From contig JARGOJ010000031.1 in the NCBI GenBank assembly GCA_029210225.1, forward strand, positions 1,841 to 22,015: a stretch of DNA of 20,175 nt, in the 5' to 3' direction. The notes beneath the pieces were generated by a model. The model ran no database searches and had not been told where the DNA came from. It saw only the letters and a list, made by a program, of their open reading frames with translations. The stretch comes from Planctomycetota bacterium. GTDB taxonomy: Bacteria; Planctomycetota; J058; JARGOJ01. Below, one piece after another: positions 15,230 to 20,175 of the stretch. The position numbers and the translations under genes are program-made. The stretch's first letter is position 1; each line of letters opens with the position of its first letter.

Positions 15230-15919
15230 CCTGTATTCAAATTGTCAAGAAAAGAAAAAAGCCCTCAACGATTGTTGACACAAAAGTGCACTTGAGCAAA
15301 AAAGCACATTTTGTAGGGGTCTTGAGAATTAAACAACACCATATAGTAGAAAAACAAGCAAGATCTAGGCTTCCACCAGCTATTTCATGACCGATAAAAC
15401 GATCAAATTTGAGACTAACCTTAGAACATCCTCTCCTCAAAGATACCTAGTTGCAATCAACACACGCTTATGGCGCCAGTATCACACACCACCAAGACAT
15501 GAAAGCTCAAAAAACGACAGACGGAGCGATCCGTGCAAAGCCAATAAACAAGCCAATTCTCGCGTACCTGGGACAAATCGATTCTCCTCGACATCTTCCC
15601 CCCAAAGCATCCACACTCGCTCCCGCCTCACACTTCTCCACCAATCTGCTTCTTGAAAAAATGTCGCACCCCGCTCAAAGCCCCCAAAACCAACTCTCCT
15701 ACACAAGAACAACTCAAGAACGTCGTGTTTCACGCCCCAACATCCTCGCGCCCCAACAACACCGGCGTTAAACCCTAGAAAGAGAAACAAGCTTCCCTAT
15801 CCTTATTTATATAGGCGAAAAAGGTCTCACTACTCTTTACGCCCGCATATATCGATAAGGGACAAAGCGCCTGTCGGTGGCTTCCATTACAATGAAGCTC
15901 CACAAACGCAACATATCCA
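15230..15919 (+). other. About 690 bp of strongly G-depleted, CA-rich non-coding DNA (+ strand) immediately upstream of dnaG; part of a 978-bp non-coding interval (14942-15919)
   Basis: No convincing ORF on either strand; the track ORFs there translate to low-complexity S/P/T/Q/H-rich peptides without SD. The + strand has very few G (runs of C and A, e.g. CCCCCAAAACCAACTCTCCTACACAAGAACAACTCAAGAAC). Confidence 0.5.
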
Positions 15920-17857
15920 GTGCCAGTACCTGTGAAAGAGGTTGCCGTGGGTCGAATACCCCCAGAACAAATCGATTTGATTCGCGAACGCGCCGATATC
16001 GTCGCACTCATCGGTGAACGCCTTCAACTCACTCAAAAAGGTCGGCAATTTTGGGCCTGCTGCCCATTCCACGGCGAAAAAACCGCATCCTTCAGCGTTC
16101 ACCCAGAACGACAGATATACAAATGCTTCGGCTGCCAAAAAGGTGGCAACATCTTCGGCTTCCTTAAAGACTACGAACGCGTCAACTTTCCCGAAGCCGT
16201 CCGCATGGTCGCCGAAACCGTCGGCATCGAAATCAAAGAAGAGAAAAGCACCAAAGCTTCCCAAAAACGGCAAAGCGAAAGAAAAGGACTCCTTGAAGTC
16301 GCCGATGCCGTTTGCCAATACTTCGAAGACCAACTCTGGACCCCAACACTGACTCACGGACGCAAATACCTCAAAGAACGCGGCATCACCAAAGAAAGCG
16401 CCAAAAAGTTCCGCGTCGGACTCGCCCCCCAAGGCTGGGACAACCTGCTGAAATGGGCCGAAAAGAATCGCGTCTCCACAGACTCCCTCGTCAAACTCGG
16501 ACTCCTCGTTCAACGAGAAAAAGACGGCCGAAACCGCTGCTATGACCGATTCCGAGATCGACTCATGTTCCCCATCTCCGACGACCGCGGTCGAGTCATC
16601 GCCTTCGGAGGACGACGCTTCTCCGACGACCCAGAAACTCCCAAATACATAAACTCCTCAGAAGTCCCCGGCCTCTTCGAAAAGCGACGCGTCCTCTACG
16701 GTCTCCACCACACCAAAGAATCCAGAGCCCGACGCCTCATCATTGTTGAAGGATACACCGACGTGATCATGGCCGTCCAAGCCGGCGTGCTAGGCACCGT
16801 CGCCGTACTTGGGACCGCCTTTGGACCCGATCACATTCCCCTCGTTCGTCGCTTCGCCGACCAAGTGATCGTCCTCTTCGACGGCGATGCCGCCGGCCAA
16901 GCAGCCGCTCAACGATCCCTGGGAGCTCTCGTCCCCGTCGACCTCGAAGTCCGCGTCGCCATACTCCAAGGCGCCAAAGACCCATGCGACCTCATCGTCG
17001 AAAAAGGACCCGACGCCCTCAACCAAATCGTTGATACCGCCCCCGAAGTCTTCGACTTCCTCCTCGACTCACTCCAGGATCAAGCCCAACAATCACTCTC
17101 CGCACGAGCCAAAGCCATTGAAGAAATTCTCAAGCTTCTCGCTCCCATGGACCCCATAAGACTCCATCTCCATATTGGACGCTTTGCTCACCGCTTCTCC
17201 ATTCCCGAAGAAGAACTCCGAGAACGCATCAAAGCCGCTCGCAATCCCAATAAAGGGAAAAAATCTAACGACGGACCCGATGGCGACAATCGCTCCAACG
17301 ATCAAAACAGACGGCGCTCATGGACCCCCAAATTCAAAGGCAAAGGCAAAAAAGGCTTTCCACAAAAACCCGACCCCTTCGCGAACAGCCCCTCCCCCAA
17401 ACAATTTAACTTTGGCCGCGGCGCTGAAATGAAAATCCTAGAAGCCCTCCTCGCCGCACCAACCCACATAGCAACTGTCTTCACAATCCTCACTCCTAGA
17501 CACTTCTCCGAAGGCCCCTCACGGAACCTCGCGATCCGGCTCCAAGTCGCTGCCGACCTCGGACAAACAGTCAGCGAAGCCAACCTTTACAATGAACTTG
17601 AAGGCCGAGAACTCGAACTTCTCACATACCTCGGATCGAAAATTCACGAAGGACAACAACGGGAAAAAGACTATGAATCCGAACTCGCTCCAGAAGCATG
17701 CCACCACATCGTGAAAACCCTCCGGAAGCAACAAAGGGAAGAAGTACGTGGCCTCCTTAAAGAAGCCCTCCGTGAAGGTCGGCAAGAAGATGCCCTCGCC
17801 CTAGAAAAAGAACTCGATTCACTATTCCAAGAAATTCAATCTGCAAACAAAAGTTAA
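15920..17857 (+). CDS. dnaG: DNA primase DnaG, 645 aa
   Basis: CHC2 zinc finger (CCPFHGEKTASFSV..YKCFGCQKGGNIFGFL). RNA-polymerase/Toprim core (IVEGYTDVIM, VLFDGDAAGQAAA). C-terminal helicase-binding region after a basic low-complexity linker. GTG at 15920; a GTG at 15947 (MGRIPPEQIDLIRERADIV) is an alternative start. Confidence 0.9.
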   Translation: MPVPVKEVAVGRIPPEQIDLIRERADIVALIGERLQLTQKGRQFWACCPFHGEKTASFSVHPERQIYKCFGCQKGGNIFGFLKDYERVNFPEAVRMVAETVGIEIKEEKSTKASQKRQSERKGLLEVADAVCQYFEDQLWTPTLTHGRKYLKERGITKESAKKFRVGLAPQGWDNLLKWAEKNRVSTDSLVKLGLLVQREKDGRNRCYDRFRDRLMFPISDDRGRVIAFGGRRFSDDPETPKYINSSEVPGLFEKRRVLYGLHHTKESRARRLIIVEGYTDVIMAVQAGVLGTVAVLGTAFGPDHIPLVRRFADQVIVLFDGDAAGQAAAQRSLGALVPVDLEVRVAILQGAKDPCDLIVEKGPDALNQIVDTAPEVFDFLLDSLQDQAQQSLSARAKAIEEILKLLAPMDPIRLHLHIGRFAHRFSIPEEELRERIKAARNPNKGKKSNDGPDGDNRSNDQNRRRSWTPKFKGKGKKGFPQKPDPFANSPSPKQFNFGRGAEMKILEALLAAPTHIATVFTILTPRHFSEGPSRNLAIRLQVAADLGQTVSEANLYNELEGRELELLTYLGSKIHEGQQREKDYESELAPEACHHIVKTLRKQQREEVRGLLKEALREGRQEDALALEKELDSLFQEIQSANKS

Positions 17858-17948
17858 TCAACGATTTTTTTTATTGAACTTATGTGCCCGGCCATTCGTT
17901 TGAAAGGGCAAGAATTGCTAGGAATACAAGTCGATTCTCGTTTTTGAA

Positions 17949-17978
17949 ACAGGGTGATTTGACCCCTGCTTCAACCGC
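17949..17978 (+). promoter_or_regulatory. Candidate sigma-70 promoter for rpoD within the dnaG-rpoD spacer
   Basis: TTGACC (17949-17954), 18-bp spacer, TATAAA (17973-17978). About 265 nt upstream of the rpoD ATG. Confidence 0.35.
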
Positions 17979-18246
17979 TTTTTATAAAGGATTCATTGAA
18001 TTTGGGGCCGTTTCCCTTAAACTCTTCCAACCTTTTTCCGCTCCGAGATGTGTGTTAAGGACAGTTCCCTCAGGTTGAACGTCCGCCATCCGGGACAGAT
18101 GGGATTTGGTCATCCATACTAATTATCTGCGTATTTTTTTCGACGCCCTATATCGATGATCTCTGCAAGCGCGGATTAAACATTGTGGTCAAGGGATACC
18201 CCTTCGATAGTTTCCATGACTATCTCAAGGAAACTCAGGAGTAAGC

Positions 18247-20175
18247 ATGAGCCGTTCGTCGGTCACTGAAACCAAGAAATCTAATACGAAGAAATCTTCA
18301 ACCACAAAAGCGGAGGGCACGGCGAAAACCAAATCCTCCAGCTCCCCAGCGTCAGCAAAGGAAAGCAAAAGCAAAGCCGCACCCAAAAAACGCGCCGCAG
18401 CAAAACCCGCCAGCAAAGCTAAAAAAACACCGGCTAAAAAGAAGGCTCCTGCGAAGAGCGCAGAAAAGGCTGCGGAAGTCGAAACCGCCGATGCGCCAAA
18501 AACCGCTGCCAAGAAAGCTCGGGCGAAAACTAAAAAACCCGCTGCCGCTGCGAAAACAACGAAAAGCCGCGCTAAAGCTAAAAAACCCGCCGCTAAGGGG
18601 AAATCCCAAAAGACTGCTGCCGGTAAGGGCAAAAAAGGGAAGTCAAGTAAGGAAAAGTCTGACTTCAGCGACGAAGAGCTTGATGAAGAGTCCACCCTCA
18701 CCCTCGACGACGAAAGTCTTGATGAAGATGACGACGTCGTCGATCCCGATGGAACCGCAGACGGTGAGGAAGACGAAACCGCTGACGAACTCGACGATGA
18801 AGAACTCAACGAAGACGACGAAGACGACGAAGACGACGATGAAGAGCTCGGCCGAGCTCGAGACGAAGCCTACGAAGAACTCGCCGGGGAATACCACCGC
18901 ACCGTCACCGAGAAGATCGACGACCCGGTTCGCATGTATCTCACTCAAATGGGTGAAATTCCTCTTCTCTCACGTCAAAAAGAACTTGAATACGCCAAGC
19001 GCATCGAAATCTTTCGCAAACGCTTCCGCTACCTCGTATTCTGCTCTCTCGAACAACTCACGCAGGGTGTTGAGATTCTTGAAAATGTCATGCAAGGGCA
19101 GCTCGCCTTTGACCGGACCCTCAAAATTGCGGGAACCGAAGAGACAACGAAAATTGAGCTCACTGAGCGCCTCCCCCATGTCGTCGTCATCCTTCGCAAG
19201 AACCTAGAGCGTGTTCGCGCCCTCTTCGATAAATCACGCGCCAAACTCCGCGCCAAAGAACGAAGAGAGGTCCTCCAACTTCTCAAAGTCAGACGCCGAC
19301 GCACTATTTCTATTCTCGAAGAGTGTGGCGTCCAAATTAAGCTCGTTCGCCCAATGCTCGACGTTCTCCGCGAACACCTTGCCATGATGCGCCGCATCAA
19401 AAAGGACATCGAAGTCGGTGGTACCAGCGGACCTGAAGCCAAAATCTCTGTGGAAAAACTCAAGGCCATTGAAGATCGCCTCGGATTTGGTTTCGAAGAC
19501 TTCAGCAACCACATGCACTACCTCGAAAAGCGCTTCACCGCTTACGAGAAAGCGAAGCGTGACCTCTCCGGAGGAAACCTCCGCTTGGTCGTGTCCATCG
19601 CTAAGAAGTATCGCAACCGTGGTCTCTCCTTCCTCGACCTCATTCAAGAAGGAAACACTGGCCTCATGAAGGCCGTGGAGAAATACGAGTATCGCCGAGG
19701 ATATAAATTCTCGACCTACGCAACATGGTGGATTCGACAAGCGATCACACGATCCATCGCCGACCAGGCCCGCACCATTCGTATTCCCGTCCACATGATC
19801 GAAACCATGTCGAAACTGCGGAATATCTCCAAGAAGCTCGTTCAAGAAATGGGTCGCGAACCCACAATTGAAGAACTAGCCTCGAAGCTTGGTATGCCCG
19901 TGGCCGAGTGTCGGCGAATCATGAAGATCTCAAAGCACCCAATTTCCCTTGACCGTCCTATCGGCGAGAGCGACGACGGTTTCTTTGGTGACTTCATTGA
20001 AGATAAATCGGCCGAATCACCGGTCAACGCCGCCACATACGAAATGCTTAAAGACAAGCTTGAGAAGGTCCTCGAAACCCTGACCTTCCGTGAGCGCGAG
20101 ATCATCAAACTTCGCTATGGAATCGGCGACGGATACACCTACACTCTCGAAGAAGTTGGACGGATCTTCAAGGTC
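18247..20175 (+). CDS. rpoD: Primary sigma factor RpoD (sigma-70), 3'-truncated by the window edge; N-terminal histone-H1-like K/A/P-rich tail and acidic tract precede region 1.2
   Basis: Open frame from the ATG at 18247 (SD GGAG upstream) to the window end (643 codons, no stop). It is absent from the ORF track because it has no stop. Region 1.2 ([29 protein letters not shown]), region 2 ([73 protein letters not shown]), region 3 and the start of region 4 ([27 protein letters not shown]) are present. Confidence 0.9.
   Translation, partial: MSRSSVTETKKSNTKKSSTTKAEGTAKTKSSSSPASAKESKSKAAPKKRAAAKPASKAKKTPAKKKAPAKSAEKAAEVETADAPKTAAKKARAKTKKPAAAAKTTKSRAKAKKPAAKGKSQKTAAGKGKKGKSSKEKSDFSDEELDEESTLTLDDESLDEDDDVVDPDGTADGEEDETADELDDEELNEDDEDDEDDDEELGRARDEAYEELAGEYHRTVTEKIDDPVRMYLTQMGEIPLLSRQKELEYAKRIEIFRKRFRYLVFCSLEQLTQGVEILENVMQGQLAFDRTLKIAGTEETTKIELTERLPHVVVILRKNLERVRALFDKSRAKLRAKERREVLQLLKVRRRRTISILEECGVQIKLVRPMLDVLREHLAMMRRIKKDIEVGGTSGPEAKISVEKLKAIEDRLGFGFEDFSNHMHYLEKRFTAYEKAKRDLSGGNLRLVVSIAKKYRNRGLSFLDLIQEGNTGLMKAVEKYEYRRGYKFSTYATWWIRQAITRSIADQARTIRIPVHMIETMSKLRNISKKLVQEMGREPTIEELASKLGMPVAECRRIMKISKHPISLDRPIGESDDGFFGDFIEDKSAESPVNAATYEMLKDKLEKVLETLTFREREIIKLRYGIGDGYTYTLEEVGRIFKV

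Noticed and set aside
15387-15790. ORFs 15387-15656 (+), 15451-15771 (+), 15482-15790 (-) and 15237-15440 (-) in the dnaG upstream region
   Set aside because: Overlapping low-complexity translations (S/P/T/Q/H/R-rich or G/F/W-rich) of CA-rich DNA. No SD. None resembles ribosomal protein S21 or any family I recognise.
14942-15919. Missing rpsU upstream of dnaG as a pseudogene remnant
   Set aside because: No frame in the 978-bp interval yields an S21-like basic peptide (…VRENE…RR…KR). The composition argues for non-coding DNA rather than a decayed gene.
18225-18809. 194-aa minus-strand poly-Ser/Ala/Phe ORF, and the + strand frame-2 ORF 18491-19207
   Set aside because: Both are alternative-frame shadows of the low-complexity K/A- and D/E-rich N-terminal region of rpoD. 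The genuine frame is 18247 onwards, which has no stop and so is absent from the ORF track.

Overview
This 20.2-kb window reads as bacterial chromosomal DNA of moderate GC content with ten recognisable protein-coding genes. I found no rRNA, tRNA, CRISPR array or transposase.

Genes, left to right:
- murJ and a two-domain thiE on the minus strand, with overlapping stop and start.
- A tandem-domain universal stress protein.
- A 938-aa homologue of the eukaryotic major vault protein (MVP), on the minus strand.
- An orphan pyruvate dehydrogenase E1 gene (aceE).
- An FHA / zinc-ribbon / Ser-Thr kinase.
- An HtrA-family PDZ protease.
- A sigma-28 (FliA/WhiG-type) sigma factor.
- A truncated paralogue of that sigma factor carrying only regions 3 and 4.
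- The DNA primase dnaG.
- A 3'-truncated rpoD whose N-terminus is a lysine/alanine-rich histone-H1-like tail followed by an acidic tract.

Non-coding structure:
- An iteron-like array of eight same-orientation 12-13-bp repeats (core TACCTGGGAYC, mostly 23-bp phasing) plus two degenerate copies sits in a 450-bp gap between convergent genes. Two more same-orientation copies of the motif lie elsewhere in the window.
- Strand composition inverts between about 14.9 and 15.2 kb. The + strand is GT-rich for nearly all of 1..14.9 kb whatever the gene orientation, and strongly CA-rich and G-poor from about 15.2 kb to the end. The dnaG and rpoD coding strands therefore use C/A-ending codons, while aceE, the kinase and the protease use T/G-ending ones. 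This polarity is that of a replication terminus.
- About 980 bp of non-coding DNA lies upstream of dnaG, of which about 690 bp is G-depleted.
- There are operator-like inverted repeats upstream of the sigma-28 gene and of rpoD, two clean intrinsic terminators downstream of genes, and one bidirectional terminator.

The candidates for something new are the bacterial MVP, the repeat array, the sigma3-sigma4-only paralogue and the skew switch with its G-depleted leader.
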